A DNA stretch of 64,000 nt from an uncultured Methylibium sp. (GTDB taxonomy: Bacteria; Pseudomonadota; Gammaproteobacteria; Burkholderiales; Burkholderiaceae_C). A model generated the notes under the pieces. The model was not told where the DNA came from. It worked only from the letters and a program-made list of their open reading frames with translations, and ran no database searches. Below are positions 24,361 through 33,442 of this stretch, in pieces. Location: contig NZ_CADEFR010000011.1 in assembly GCF_902826655.1 (NCBI RefSeq), positions 28,214 through 92,213 on the forward strand. Reading direction: 5' to 3'. Made by a program: the position numbers and the translations under genes. Each line of letters begins with the position of its first letter. The stretch's first letter is position 1.

Positions 24361-25305
24361 TCAGCGCGCGCCGTCCTCGGCCTCGTCGTCGGTTCCACCG
24401 TCGGCCTTCAGGGCGAGCGCGCGCTGGTAGAGCGCATTGCGCGGCGCGCCGCTCGCCTCGGCCGCCAGCGCGACGGCCTGCTTCAGCGGCAGCGCCGCCA
24501 GCAGGACGCGCAGCAGTCGCTCGGCGGCATCGACGGGCCGGTCGGCTGCCGGCGCCGTCGTCGCGTGCAACACCACGACGAACTCGCCGCGCGAACGGTT
24601 CGGATCGGCCGCCAGCCAGCCCGGCAGCGCCGATGCCGGCAGGCGGTCGATGGCCTCGAACTGCTTGGTGAGCTCGCGACACAGCGTCACCGTGCGCAGC
24701 GGCATGGCCTCGGCCAGCGCGGCGGCTAGCGCCTCGATGCGATGCGGTGATTCCAGCAGCAGCAGCGTCTGCGACTCGGCGGCCAGGGCATTCAGCTGGC
24801 CGGCCCGCTCGGTGGCTTTGGGCGACAGGAAGCCGACGAAGCGAAAACCCGGCGACTGCGCATCGCCGGCCGCGCTGAGCGCGGCGGTCACGCTGCTGGC
24901 GCCCGGCAGCGGCAGCACACGATGGCCGGCGGCCTGCACCGCGGCCACCAGGCGGGCGCCGGGATCGCTGACGGCCGGCGTGCCGGCATCGCTGGCGTAG
25001 GCGATGCGCTCGCCGCGCGCCAGCCGGTCGACCACGGCCTGCGAAGCCTCGACCTCGTTGTGCTCGTGCAGCGCGACCAGGGGCTTGTCGATGCCGAAGT
25101 GGCGCAGCAGCGCGCCCGTGACGCGCGTGTCCTCGCAGGCCACAGCGTCGACCAGTCCCAGCACATGCAGCGCCCGCAGGCTCAGGTCGGCCAGGTTGCC
25201 GATCGGCGTGGCGACGACGTAGAGCGCGCCTTTGGGATACTGCTGCGCGCCGGCCGCACTGGCGGCGGCCTGCCGGATCAAAGAGGCATCGATGCTCACG
25301 ACCAA
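24361..25305 (-). CDS. rsmI: 16S rRNA (cytidine1402-2'-O)-methyltransferase RsmI; start uncertain (TTG 25305, GTG 25299 or TTG 25281)
   Basis: [19 protein letters not shown] ... [18 protein letters not shown] ... [12 protein letters not shown] are tetrapyrrole-methylase-fold RsmI motifs. Confidence 0.92.
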   Translation of the reverse strand: MVVSIDASLIRQAAASAAGAQQYPKGALYVVATPIGNLADLSLRALHVLGLVDAVACEDTRVTGALLRHFGIDKPLVALHEHNEVEASQAVVDRLARGERIAYASDAGTPAVSDPGARLVAAVQAAGHRVLPLPGASSVTAALSAAGDAQSPGFRFVGFLSPKATERAGQLNALAAESQTLLLLESPHRIEALAAALAEAMPLRTVTLCRELTKQFEAIDRLPASALPGWLAADPNRSRGEFVVVLHATTAPAADRPVDAAERLLRVLLAALPLKQAVALAAEASGAPRNALYQRALALKADGGTDDEAEDGAR

Positions 25306-25660
25306 GGCTCGAGGCGACGAGGGGGAAGACCGTGCGCTGGCTCACCTGCAGCGCGCCGGCCTGAAGCTGGTGGAGCGCAATTATCGAGTCGCCGCCGGCC
25401 CGCGGGCCCGCGGCGGCGAGATCGACCTGGTGCTGCGCGAGCGCGACGGCACCCTGGTCTTCGTCGAGGTCCGCCGGCGCGGCGACACCCGCCACGGCGG
25501 CGCGGCCTTCAGCGTGTCCGCGGCCAAGCGGCAGCGCCTGGTCTACGCGGCCCGCCACTACCTGACGCGCTACGCATCGCCGCCGCCCTGCCGTTTCGAC
25601 GTGGTCGCGATCGACGGCGAACGGCTCGAGTGGCTGCGGGCCGCCTTCGACGCCGGCTGA
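25292..25660 (+). CDS. yraN: YraN-family (UPF0102) predicted endonuclease
   Basis: [18 protein letters not shown] ... [10 protein letters not shown] ... LVFVEVRRR ... RFDVVAI is present. AAGAGG lies 5 nt upstream of ATG 25292. The 5' end overlaps or abuts the divergent rsmI start. Confidence 0.85.
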   Translation: MLTTKARGDEGEDRALAHLQRAGLKLVERNYRVAAGPRARGGEIDLVLRERDGTLVFVEVRRRGDTRHGGAAFSVSAAKRQRLVYAARHYLTRYASPPPCRFDVVAIDGERLEWLRAAFDAG

Positions 25661-25719
25661 CAGCTCGATACAGCTGTACGGAACCGCTGGTCGCGAAGCG
25701 GTGTCATATCATCGTGAGC

Positions 25720-26316
25720 ATGCTTGAACAACGCATCCAGCGGCATTTCTTCGACAGTGCCGACCTGAAGAACCAGTGCGCCGAGGTCCTGAGCAAGCCG
25801 ATCGCCGATGCGGTGCAGGCCGTGCTGGGCTGCATCACTGCCGGCGGCAAGGTGCTGGCCTGCGGCAACGGCGGATCCGCCAGCGACGCGCAGCACTTCG
25901 CGGCGGAGTTCGTCGGTCGCTTCGAACGCGAGCGACCCGGCCTGGCCGCCATCGCGCTCAACACCGACACCTCGATCCTGACCGCGATCGGCAACGATTA
26001 CGACTACAACTCGGTCTTCTCGAAGCAGGTGCAGGCGCTCGGCAATCCGGGCGACGTGCTGCTGGCCATCACCACGAGCGGCAACTCGGCCAACGTGCTG
26101 GCCGCCGTCGACGCGGCCCACGACAAGGACATGACCGTCATCGCGCTGACCGGTCGCAACGGCGGCAAGCTCGCCCAGCGCCTGCTGGAGACCGACGTCA
26201 ACATCTGCGTGCCGCACGAGCGGACCGCGCGCATCCAGGAAGTTCACATCCTCGCGATCCACTGCCTGTGCGATGCGGTGGACGTGCAACTGCTCGGCGA
26301 ACAGGACCCCGCATGA
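25720..26316 (+). CDS. diaA: SIS-domain protein, DiaA / phosphoheptose-isomerase family
   Basis: [22 protein letters not shown] ... [13 protein letters not shown] ... [10 protein letters not shown]. The yraN-diaA-dolP order matches the E. coli yraN-diaA-yraP arrangement. Confidence 0.85.
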   Translation: MLEQRIQRHFFDSADLKNQCAEVLSKPIADAVQAVLGCITAGGKVLACGNGGSASDAQHFAAEFVGRFERERPGLAAIALNTDTSILTAIGNDYDYNSVFSKQVQALGNPGDVLLAITTSGNSANVLAAVDAAHDKDMTVIALTGRNGGKLAQRLLETDVNICVPHERTARIQEVHILAIHCLCDAVDVQLLGEQDPA

Positions 26317-26963
26317 GACCTCTCCGCTCCTCCCTCGTCCCGACCCTGCTGGCCGCGGCCTTGCTGACCGGCAGCTTGAGCGCCTGCGCGCCGCTGCTGA
26401 TCGGTGGTGCGGCGGTGGGCGGCGCGCTGTCGTACAGCGATCGTCGCACCACCGGGGCCCAGCTCGAAGACCAGTCGATCGAGCTGAAGGCGGCGCCGCG
26501 CTTCCGCGAGGCGATCGGCGACCGCGGCCACATCAACGTGACCAGCTTCAACCGTACCGTGCTGCTGACCGGCGAGGCGCCGACCGAGGCCGACAAGGCG
26601 GCGGCCGAGGCGGCGATCACGAAGCTGGAGAACGTGCGCGCCACGCTCAACGAACTGGTGGTCGCCCCCAACAGCTCGCTGGTCGACCGTTCGAACGACG
26701 CGCTGATCACCAGCAAGGTCAAGGCGAGCTACGTCGACGCCAAGGACATCTTCGCCAACGCCTACAAGGTCGTGACCGAGCGGGGCGTCGTGTACCTGAT
26801 GGGCCGCGTCACCGAGCGCGAGGCCGACCGCGGCGTCGCGATCGCCCGCGGCGTCTCCGGAGTCACCAAGGTCGTCAAGGCCTTCGAGATCATCACCGAG
26901 GACGAACTCGCCGGTTACCGCTCCAAGCCGGCGCCGCCGGCGAGCCCGACGCCGGCACGCTGA
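26313..26963 (+). CDS. dolP: BON-domain outer-membrane lipoprotein (DolP/YraP-like)
   Basis: Lipobox LTGSLSAC and two BON-like repeats ([35 protein letters not shown]). The ATG at 26313 overlaps the diaA TGA. Confidence 0.85.
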   Translation: MRPLRSSLVPTLLAAALLTGSLSACAPLLIGGAAVGGALSYSDRRTTGAQLEDQSIELKAAPRFREAIGDRGHINVTSFNRTVLLTGEAPTEADKAAAEAAITKLENVRATLNELVVAPNSSLVDRSNDALITSKVKASYVDAKDIFANAYKVVTERGVVYLMGRVTEREADRGVAIARGVSGVTKVVKAFEIITEDELAGYRSKPAPPASPTPAR

Positions 26964-26996
26964 CCGGCACTGCGGCCGGGCTGCCGGCGGCCGTCC

Positions 26997-27896
26997 TCAG
27001 CCCAGCCGCCGGATCAGGCTCGAGGTGTCCCAGCGCCGGCCGTCCATCGCCTGCACGTCGGCATAGAACTGGTCCACCAGGGCCGTGACGGGCAGGCGCG
27101 CGCCGTTGCGCTGGGCCTCCTCGAGGCACAGGCCCAGGTCCTTGCGCATCCAGTCGACCGCGAAGCCGAAGTCGAACTTGCCGTCGATCATCGTCGGGCC
27201 GCGGTTGTCCATCTGCCAGCTCTGCGCGGCGCCCTTGCCGATCACGCCGAGCACCGCCTTCATGTCCAGGCCGGCCTTCTGGCCGAAGGCGATGGCCTCG
27301 GACAGGCCCTGGACCAGGCCGGCGATCGCGATCTGGTTGACCATCTTCGCCAGCTGCCCCGAGCCGGCCTCGCCCAGCAGCGTGACCGCCTTCGAGAAGG
27401 CCATCGCCACCGGCTGGATCTTCGCGAACGCGGCGGCGTCGCCGCCGCACATCACGGTCAGCATGCCGTTGATCGCCCCGAGGTTGCCGCCCGAGACCGG
27501 CGCGTCGATGAAGGCCAGACCGCGGGCCTGGGCTGCGGCCGCCAGTTCGCGCGCGATGTCCGCCGAGGCGGTCGTGTGGTCGACGAACACGGCGCCCGGC
27601 TTCATCCCGTGGAAGGCCCCCGCCTCACCGACGGTCACGGCGCGCAGGTCGGCATCGTTGCCGACGCAGGCGAACACGATGTCGGCGCCGGCGGCGGCCG
27701 CCTGCGGCGTGGGGGCACTCGCACCGCCGTACTCGGCGACCCAGGCCTGCGCCTTCGCTGCGGTGCGGTTGTAGACGGTCACGCGGTGCCCGGCGCGCGC
27801 CAGGTGGCCGGCCATCGGGTGGCCCATCACACCCAGGCCCAGGAAGGCCACGGTCTGCGAGGGAACGGGGTCGTAGGTCTTGCTGCTCATCGCCAT
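26997..27896 (-). CDS. NAD(P)-dependent 3-hydroxyisobutyrate-dehydrogenase-family oxidoreductase
   Basis: Rossmann motif VAFLGLGVMGHPMAGHL and the HIBADH block DAPVSGG. ATG 27890 may be the true start, since GGAGA spacing is better for it. Confidence 0.88.
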   Translation of the reverse strand: MAMSSKTYDPVPSQTVAFLGLGVMGHPMAGHLARAGHRVTVYNRTAAKAQAWVAEYGGASAPTPQAAAAGADIVFACVGNDADLRAVTVGEAGAFHGMKPGAVFVDHTTASADIARELAAAAQARGLAFIDAPVSGGNLGAINGMLTVMCGGDAAAFAKIQPVAMAFSKAVTLLGEAGSGQLAKMVNQIAIAGLVQGLSEAIAFGQKAGLDMKAVLGVIGKGAAQSWQMDNRGPTMIDGKFDFGFAVDWMRKDLGLCLEEAQRNGARLPVTALVDQFYADVQAMDGRRWDTSSLIRRLG

Positions 27897-27954
27897 CGTC
27901 TCCGGAAAGGAAAACGGCCTCGAGACGAGGCCGTCCATGCGGGCGAATGATCGC

Positions 27955-29091
27955 CTAAACGATGCTGAGATGCTCGGTGCCGGCCGCGAGGTCGGCGTTG
28001 CGCGCGCGGTTGCTGTTGAGCTTGATCTGCAGCCGCAGGTCGTTGACCGAGTCGGCGTTGCGCAGCGCATCCTCGTACGTGATCATCTGGCCTTCGTAGA
28101 GGTCGAACAGGCTCTGGTCGAAGGTCTGCATGCCGAGTTCGCGGCTGCGCTTCATCAGCTCCTTGATGTCGGTGACCTCGCCCTTGAAGATCAGATCGGC
28201 GATCAGCGGCGTGTTCAGCATGATCTCCACGGCCGCGACGCGCCCCTTGCCTTCCTGGCGCGGCACCAGGCGCTGCGAGACCAGGCTCTTCAGGTTCAGC
28301 GACAGGTCCATCAGCAGCTGGGCGCGGCGCTCCTCGGGGAAGAAGTTGATGATGCGGTCGAGCGCCTGATTGGCGCTGTTGGCGTGCAGCGTGGCCATGC
28401 ACAGGTGACCGGTCTCGGCGAAGGCGACCGCATGCTCCATCGTCTCGCGGTCGCGGATCTCGCCCATCAGGATCACATCGGGCGCCTGGCGCAGCGTGTT
28501 CTTCAGCGCCGCTTCCCAGCCGTCGGTGTCGATGCCGACCTCGCGCTGCGTGACGATGCAGTTCTTGTGCGGGTGCACGAACTCGACCGGATCCTCGACC
28601 GTGATGATGTGGCCGTAGGAGTTCTCGTTGCGGTGGTCGACCATCGCGGCCAGCGAGGTGCTCTTGCCCGAGCCGGTGGCGCCGACGAAGATCACCAGGC
28701 CGCGCTTGCTGACCGACACGTCCTTCAGGATCTGCGGCAGGCCCAGCGCGTCGATGGTGGGGATCTTGGCAGGAATCGTCCGCAGCACGAGGCCGACGTT
28801 GCCCTGCTGCATGAAGGCGTTGGCGCGGAAGCGCCCGATGCCGGTGGGGGCGACCGCGAAGTTGCACTCCTTGCTGCGCTCGAACTCCGCCGCCTGCTTG
28901 TCGTTCATGATCGACCGCGCCAGCGCGATCGTGTGCTGCGGCGTCAGCGGCTGCGGCGACACCTTGGTCACCCGGCCGTCGACCTTGATGGCCGGCGGGA
29001 AGTCCGCGGTCAGGAACAGGTCCGAGCCGGCGCGAGCGACCAGCAGGCGCAGCAGGTCGTTGACGAATTTCGACGCTTGATCGCGTTCCAT
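27955..29091 (-). CDS. pilU: Type IV pilus retraction ATPase PilU
   Basis: 378 aa with Walker A GATGSGKST, an Asp box, Walker B VILMGEIRD and the His box ETGHLCMATLHA. It has the PilU-type longer C-terminus. AGGGAG lies 6 nt before the ATG. Confidence 0.9.
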   Translation of the reverse strand: MERDQASKFVNDLLRLLVARAGSDLFLTADFPPAIKVDGRVTKVSPQPLTPQHTIALARSIMNDKQAAEFERSKECNFAVAPTGIGRFRANAFMQQGNVGLVLRTIPAKIPTIDALGLPQILKDVSVSKRGLVIFVGATGSGKSTSLAAMVDHRNENSYGHIITVEDPVEFVHPHKNCIVTQREVGIDTDGWEAALKNTLRQAPDVILMGEIRDRETMEHAVAFAETGHLCMATLHANSANQALDRIINFFPEERRAQLLMDLSLNLKSLVSQRLVPRQEGKGRVAAVEIMLNTPLIADLIFKGEVTDIKELMKRSRELGMQTFDQSLFDLYEGQMITYEDALRNADSVNDLRLQIKLNSNRARNADLAAGTEHLSIV

Positions 29092-29124
29092 CGAGGACTC
29101 CCTTTCACCACCGGCGGTCGGGGT

Positions 29125-29706
29125 TCAACCGCCGGACAACAAGGCTGACAGTCTGGCGCCGACCTGGCGCAACCGCAAGGACAAACGTCTCGCCAGCGAC
29201 GCCAGCAGGGCCAGCGCCAGCCGCGGTTCCGCGGCCATCAGGGCCTCGAAGCGCGGCGCTTCCAGGACGGCCAGCAGGCAGGGCGTGATCGTGGTGCAGG
29301 CCGAGAAGCGCGAGCCGGCGTCGAGCATCGACATCTCGCCGACCATGTCGCCGGCACGCACCTCGGCCAGACGCGTGCGGGCACCGCCGGCCGGGACGCG
29401 CTCGACGGCGATCCGCCCCTCGAGCACCACCAGCAGGTAGTCGCCCTGCTCGTCCTGGCCGATCAGCTGGGCGCCGGCCGGCACGCTGACGTAGTCGAGG
29501 AAGCCGGCCAGTCGCTGCAACTCGCCGGGGGCGAGGTCCAGCGCGTGGCTGTCGGCCTGCCACAGCTGGACGAACAAGGCCGCGCCCTGGCTGGCATCGA
29601 GGGGCCGCGCGCCGATGGCGGCGGCGCGGTCCGGCCAGCCGACCGGCGCCAGCGCGTCGTCGCCCGCGGGCTCGGCCTCGGCGTCTCGGTCAGGCGATTT
29701 CTTCAC
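29125..29706 (-). CDS. Standalone cyclic-nucleotide-binding-domain (CAP_ED-like) protein; GTG start, uncertain
   Basis: 193 aa with a beta-roll pattern: VPAGAQLIGQDEQGDYLLVVLEGRIAV ... VRAGDMVGEMSMLDAGSRFSACTT ... RRLSLRLRQ. It sits between pilT (34-nt gap) and pilU (33-nt gap) on the same strand. Confidence 0.72.
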   Translation of the reverse strand: MKKSPDRDAEAEPAGDDALAPVGWPDRAAAIGARPLDASQGAALFVQLWQADSHALDLAPGELQRLAGFLDYVSVPAGAQLIGQDEQGDYLLVVLEGRIAVERVPAGGARTRLAEVRAGDMVGEMSMLDAGSRFSACTTITPCLLAVLEAPRFEALMAAEPRLALALLASLARRLSLRLRQVGARLSALLSGG

Positions 29707-29740
29707 GACGGCACGACCGCTGGGCGAGGCGAGCCGCGGC

Positions 29741-30784
29741 TCAGCCCGGGAAGTTCTCGGGCGACTTGGCCTTGCCGCGCGCCTCGGCGGGCGTGATGAT
29801 GTTGCGGCGCACCAGGTCGGACAGGTTCTGGTCCAGGGTCTGCATGCCCATGCTGTTGCCGGTCTGGATCGAGCTGTACATCTGCGCGACCTTGGCCTCG
29901 CGGATCAGGTTGCGGATCGCCGGCGTGCCCAGCATGATCTCGTGCGCGGCCACGCGGCCGCTGCCGTCCTTCAGCTTGCACAGCGTCTGCGAGATCACGC
30001 CGATCAGCGACTCCGACAGCATCGCGCGCACCATGTCCTTCTCGGCTGCCGGGAAGACGTCGATCACGCGGTCGATGGTCTTGGCGGCGCTGCTGGTGTG
30101 CAGCGTGCCGAACACCAGGTGGCCGGTCTCGGCGGCGGTCAGCGCCAGGCGGATGGTCTCCAGGTCGCGCATTTCGCCGACCAGGATCGCGTCCGGGTCC
30201 TCGCGCAGCGCCGAGCGCAGCGCGTTGCTGAACGACAGCGTGTGCGGCCCGACCTCGCGCTGGTTGATCAGGCAGCGCTTGGAGTCGTGCACGAACTCGA
30301 TCGGGTCCTCGACGGTCAGCACGTGGCCGTACTCGTTCTCGTTGAGGTGGTTGACCATCGCCGCCAGCGTGGTCGACTTGCCCGAGCCGGTCGGGCCGGT
30401 GACGAGCACCAGGCCGCGCGGCTTGAGCGCCAGCTCGGCGAAGACCTTCGGTGTGTTCAGCTGCTCGAGCGTCAGGATCTTCGACGGAATCGTCCGGAAC
30501 ACCGCGCCGGCGCCGCGGTTCTGGTTGAAGGCGTTGACGCGAAAGCGCGCCAGGCCCTGGATCTCGAACGAGAAGTCGCACTCCAGCGTCTCCTCGTAGG
30601 CCTTGCGCTGCGCATCGTTCATGATGTCGTACACCATGTCGTGGACGCTCTTGTGGTCGAGCGGGTCCACGTTGATGCGCCGCACGTCGCCGTGCACGCG
30701 GATCATCGGCGGCAGGCCGGCGGACAAGTGCAGGTCGGAGGCCTTGTTCTTGACCGAGAAGGCCAACAGCTGGGTGATGTCCAT
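29741..30784 (-). CDS. pilT: Type IV pilus twitching-motility ATPase PilT
   Basis: MDITQLLAFSVKNKASDLHLSAGLPPMIRVHGD ..., Walker A GPTGSGKST, the AIRNLIRE motif and HLVFGTLHT. 347 aa. The ATG at 30784 is in frame with ORF 29741..31072. Confidence 0.95.
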   Translation of the reverse strand: MDITQLLAFSVKNKASDLHLSAGLPPMIRVHGDVRRINVDPLDHKSVHDMVYDIMNDAQRKAYEETLECDFSFEIQGLARFRVNAFNQNRGAGAVFRTIPSKILTLEQLNTPKVFAELALKPRGLVLVTGPTGSGKSTTLAAMVNHLNENEYGHVLTVEDPIEFVHDSKRCLINQREVGPHTLSFSNALRSALREDPDAILVGEMRDLETIRLALTAAETGHLVFGTLHTSSAAKTIDRVIDVFPAAEKDMVRAMLSESLIGVISQTLCKLKDGSGRVAAHEIMLGTPAIRNLIREAKVAQMYSSIQTGNSMGMQTLDQNLSDLVRRNIITPAEARGKAKSPENFPG

Positions 30785-30835
30785 GGATGATGGTGCAGGC
30801 GCGTCACGCGCCTCGCGGCAGAGGGCTGGAAGATT

Positions 30836-31534
30836 ATGGCGACGATCGCGAGCAAGATACAAGAAGTGAGCGGGCGCATCGCACGCGCCTGCGATGCGGC
30901 CGGCCGTCCCGTGGCAAGCGTCACGCTGCTGGCGGTCAGCAAGACGCAAGGCCCCGACGCGGTGCGTGCAGCGGTGGCGGCCGGGCAACGCGCCTTCGGC
31001 GAGAACTACGTGCAGGAGGCGCTGGACAAGATGGCCGCGCTGGCCGACCTGCGGCCGCAGCTCCAGTGGCACCTGGTCGGTCCGCTACAGAGCAACAAGA
31101 CGCGCGCCGTGGCCGAAGCCTTCGACTGGGTGCACTCGGTCGACCGACTGAAGCTCGCGCAGCGCCTCAGCGAGCAGCGCCCGGCCGCGCTGCCGCCCTT
31201 GCAGGTCTGCCTGCAGGTCAACATCAGCGGCGAGGCCAGCAAGAGCGGCGTCGCGCCGGGCGAGGTCGAGGCTTTGGCGCGGTCGATGGCCGCCCTGCCG
31301 CGGCTGAAGCTGCGCGGGCTGATGGCCATCCCCGAGCCGATCGACGGCAGCGAGGCGCAACGCCGCCCTCACCACGCCCTGCGCGAACTGCTGGAATGCC
31401 TGAACAGCCGCGGCCTGGCGCTGGACACCCTGTCGATGGGCATGACCGCCGACCTGGAGGCCGCGGTGCTGGAGGGCGCAACGATCGTGCGCATCGGCAC
31501 CGCGATCTTCGGCGCGCGGGCGCGGGTGGCCTGA
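30836..31534 (+). CDS. yggS: YggS-family pyridoxal-phosphate homeostasis protein
   Basis: TLLAVSKTQ (PLP lysine), FGENYVQE and HLVGPLQSNK are present. It is divergent from pilT, as in Pseudomonas. Confidence 0.93.
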   Translation: MATIASKIQEVSGRIARACDAAGRPVASVTLLAVSKTQGPDAVRAAVAAGQRAFGENYVQEALDKMAALADLRPQLQWHLVGPLQSNKTRAVAEAFDWVHSVDRLKLAQRLSEQRPAALPPLQVCLQVNISGEASKSGVAPGEVEALARSMAALPRLKLRGLMAIPEPIDGSEAQRRPHHALRELLECLNSRGLALDTLSMGMTADLEAAVLEGATIVRIGTAIFGARARVA

Positions 31535-31535
31535 C

Positions 31536-32528
31536 TCAGGCCTTGCGCCAGCGGCGCCAGAGCTCGGCGAACTCTCCGACCAGCCCGCGGCGGAAGGCCA
31601 GCACGCAGACGATGAAGATCAGGCCGGTGACCAGGGTCACCGACTCGCCCAGGCCGTTGAACCAGGCGATGCCGGTGGTCTCGGCCAGCGCCTTGCCCAG
31701 GTCGCCGATCTTGTTCTCCAGCGCGATGATGACCAGCGCGCCGACGATCGGGCCGATCATCGTGCCCATGCCGCCGACCAGGGTCATCAGGATCACCGCG
31801 CCCGAGGTGGTCCAGACCGCGTCGGTCAGCGTCGCGAAGCCCAGCACCAGGGTCTTGGTCGCGCCGGCCAGCCCGGCCAGCGCCGCCGACAGCACGAAGG
31901 CGACGAGCTTGAAACGCTCGACGTCGTAGCCCAGCGAGACTGCGCGCGCCTCGTTCTCGCGGATCGAGGTCAGCACCTGGCCGAAGGGCGAGTGCACGGT
32001 GCGGTAGATCAGCCAGAAGGCGCCGATGAAGATCGCCAGCACCACGTAGTACAGCGTCAGGTCGGACGCCAGGTCGAGGCCGAGGAAGTTGCCGCGCGGC
32101 ACCGACTGCAGGCCGTCCTCGCCGCCGGTGAAGGGCGCCTGCAGGAAGTAGAAGAACAGCATCTGCGCCAGCGCCAGCGTGATCATCGAGAAGTAGATGC
32201 CGCTGCGGCGGATGGCCAGCCAGCCGAAGGCCAGTCCGGTCAGCGCCGCCATCGCGGTGCCGAACAGCAGGCCCAGCGGCGCCGGGAAGCCCCAGACCTT
32301 GAGCGCGTGCCCGGCGGTGTAGGCCGCCATGCCGAGGAAGGCCGCGTGGCCGAAACTCAGCAGGCCGGTGAAGCCGATCAGCAGGTTGAAGGCGCACGCG
32401 AACAGCGCGTAGCACATCACCTTCATCACGAAGATCGGGTAGGCGCCGATCGCCGGCAGCAGCGCGATCGCGAGGAACAGCGCGGCGTAGCCGATCAGCG
32501 GCGATTTCGCGGCGGAGGGAGTCGTCAT
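31536..32528 (-). CDS. livM: Branched-chain/hydrophobic amino-acid ABC transporter permease (LivM-type)
   Basis: 330-aa polytopic membrane protein with LivM-type blocks (GLLSFGHAAFLGMAAY, REREARAVSLGY-like RENEARAVSLGYD). Confidence 0.9.
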   Translation of the reverse strand: MTTPSAAKSPLIGYAALFLAIALLPAIGAYPIFVMKVMCYALFACAFNLLIGFTGLLSFGHAAFLGMAAYTAGHALKVWGFPAPLGLLFGTAMAALTGLAFGWLAIRRSGIYFSMITLALAQMLFFYFLQAPFTGGEDGLQSVPRGNFLGLDLASDLTLYYVVLAIFIGAFWLIYRTVHSPFGQVLTSIRENEARAVSLGYDVERFKLVAFVLSAALAGLAGATKTLVLGFATLTDAVWTTSGAVILMTLVGGMGTMIGPIVGALVIIALENKIGDLGKALAETTGIAWFNGLGESVTLVTGLIFIVCVLAFRRGLVGEFAELWRRWRKA

Positions 32529-33409
32529 TTCTCTTTACCGAACAGCCCCGCCGGACGCACCAGCAGCACGATGGCCATGACGACGAACACGACGGTGCTC
32601 GAGGCCTCGGGGTAGAACACCTTGGTCAGGCCCTCGACCACGCCCAGGCCCAGGCCCGTGAGGATGGAGCCGAGGATGGAGCCCATGCCGCCGATCACCA
32701 CCACCGCGAACACCACGATGATCAGGTTGCTGCCCATCAGCGGCGAGACCTGCAGGATGGGCGCGGCCAGCACCCCGGCGAAGGCCGCCAGCGCCACCCC
32801 GCCCGCATAGGTCAGCGTGATCATGCGCGGCACGTTGATCCCGAAGGCCTGCACCAGCCGCGGGTTCTCGGTGCCGGCGCGCAGCGTGGCCCCCAGCGAG
32901 GTCTTCTCGATCAGCGCCCACACCGCCAGGCACACCACGATCGAGGCGACGACGACCCAGGCGCGGTAGTTCGGCAGGATCATGAAGCCGAGGTTGGTGG
33001 CGCCCTGCAGCGCGTCGGGCACCGGGTAGGGCTGGCCCGAGACGCCGTAGAAGCTGCGGAACACGCCCTCGGTCACCAGCGTGATGCCGAAGGTCAGCAG
33101 CAGGCCGTAGAGGTGGTCCAGCTTGTAGAGCCACTGCAGCAGCAGCCGCTCGATCAGGATGCCCAGCACGCCCACCACCAGCGGGGCCAGCAGCAGCATG
33201 GCCCAGTAGTTCAGGCCCAGGTACTCCAGCCCCATCCAGGCCAGGAAGGCCCCCATCATGTACAGCGCCCCGTGGGCGAAGTTGATGATGTTGAGCATGC
33301 CGAAGATCACCGCCAGGCCCAGCGACAGCATCGCGTAGAACGAGCCGTTCACCAGGCCCAGCAGCAGCTGGCTCAGGAACGCGGACAGCGGAATGCCGAA
33401 GATCTCCAT
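32525..33409 (-). CDS. livH: Branched-chain/hydrophobic amino-acid ABC transporter permease (LivH-type)
   Basis: 294 aa with LVNGSFYAMLSLGLAVIFGMLNIINFAHG, a typical LivH N-terminus. It overlaps the livM start by 4 nt. Confidence 0.9.
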   Translation of the reverse strand: MEIFGIPLSAFLSQLLLGLVNGSFYAMLSLGLAVIFGMLNIINFAHGALYMMGAFLAWMGLEYLGLNYWAMLLLAPLVVGVLGILIERLLLQWLYKLDHLYGLLLTFGITLVTEGVFRSFYGVSGQPYPVPDALQGATNLGFMILPNYRAWVVVASIVVCLAVWALIEKTSLGATLRAGTENPRLVQAFGINVPRMITLTYAGGVALAAFAGVLAAPILQVSPLMGSNLIIVVFAVVVIGGMGSILGSILTGLGLGVVEGLTKVFYPEASSTVVFVVMAIVLLVRPAGLFGKEK

Positions 33410-33442
33410 CGCGACCGTCTCAGTCCGTCGTCCGTTCCGGGA

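Noticed and set aside
31524-31546. 15-bp perfect palindrome GGCCTGACTCAGGCC containing the convergent stop codons of yggS (TGA) and livM (TCA on the plus strand)
   Set aside because: A 1-nt loop cannot form a hairpin of this stem and there is no U-tract. It is most simply a coincidence of two facing TGA codons in GC-rich context, not a terminator.
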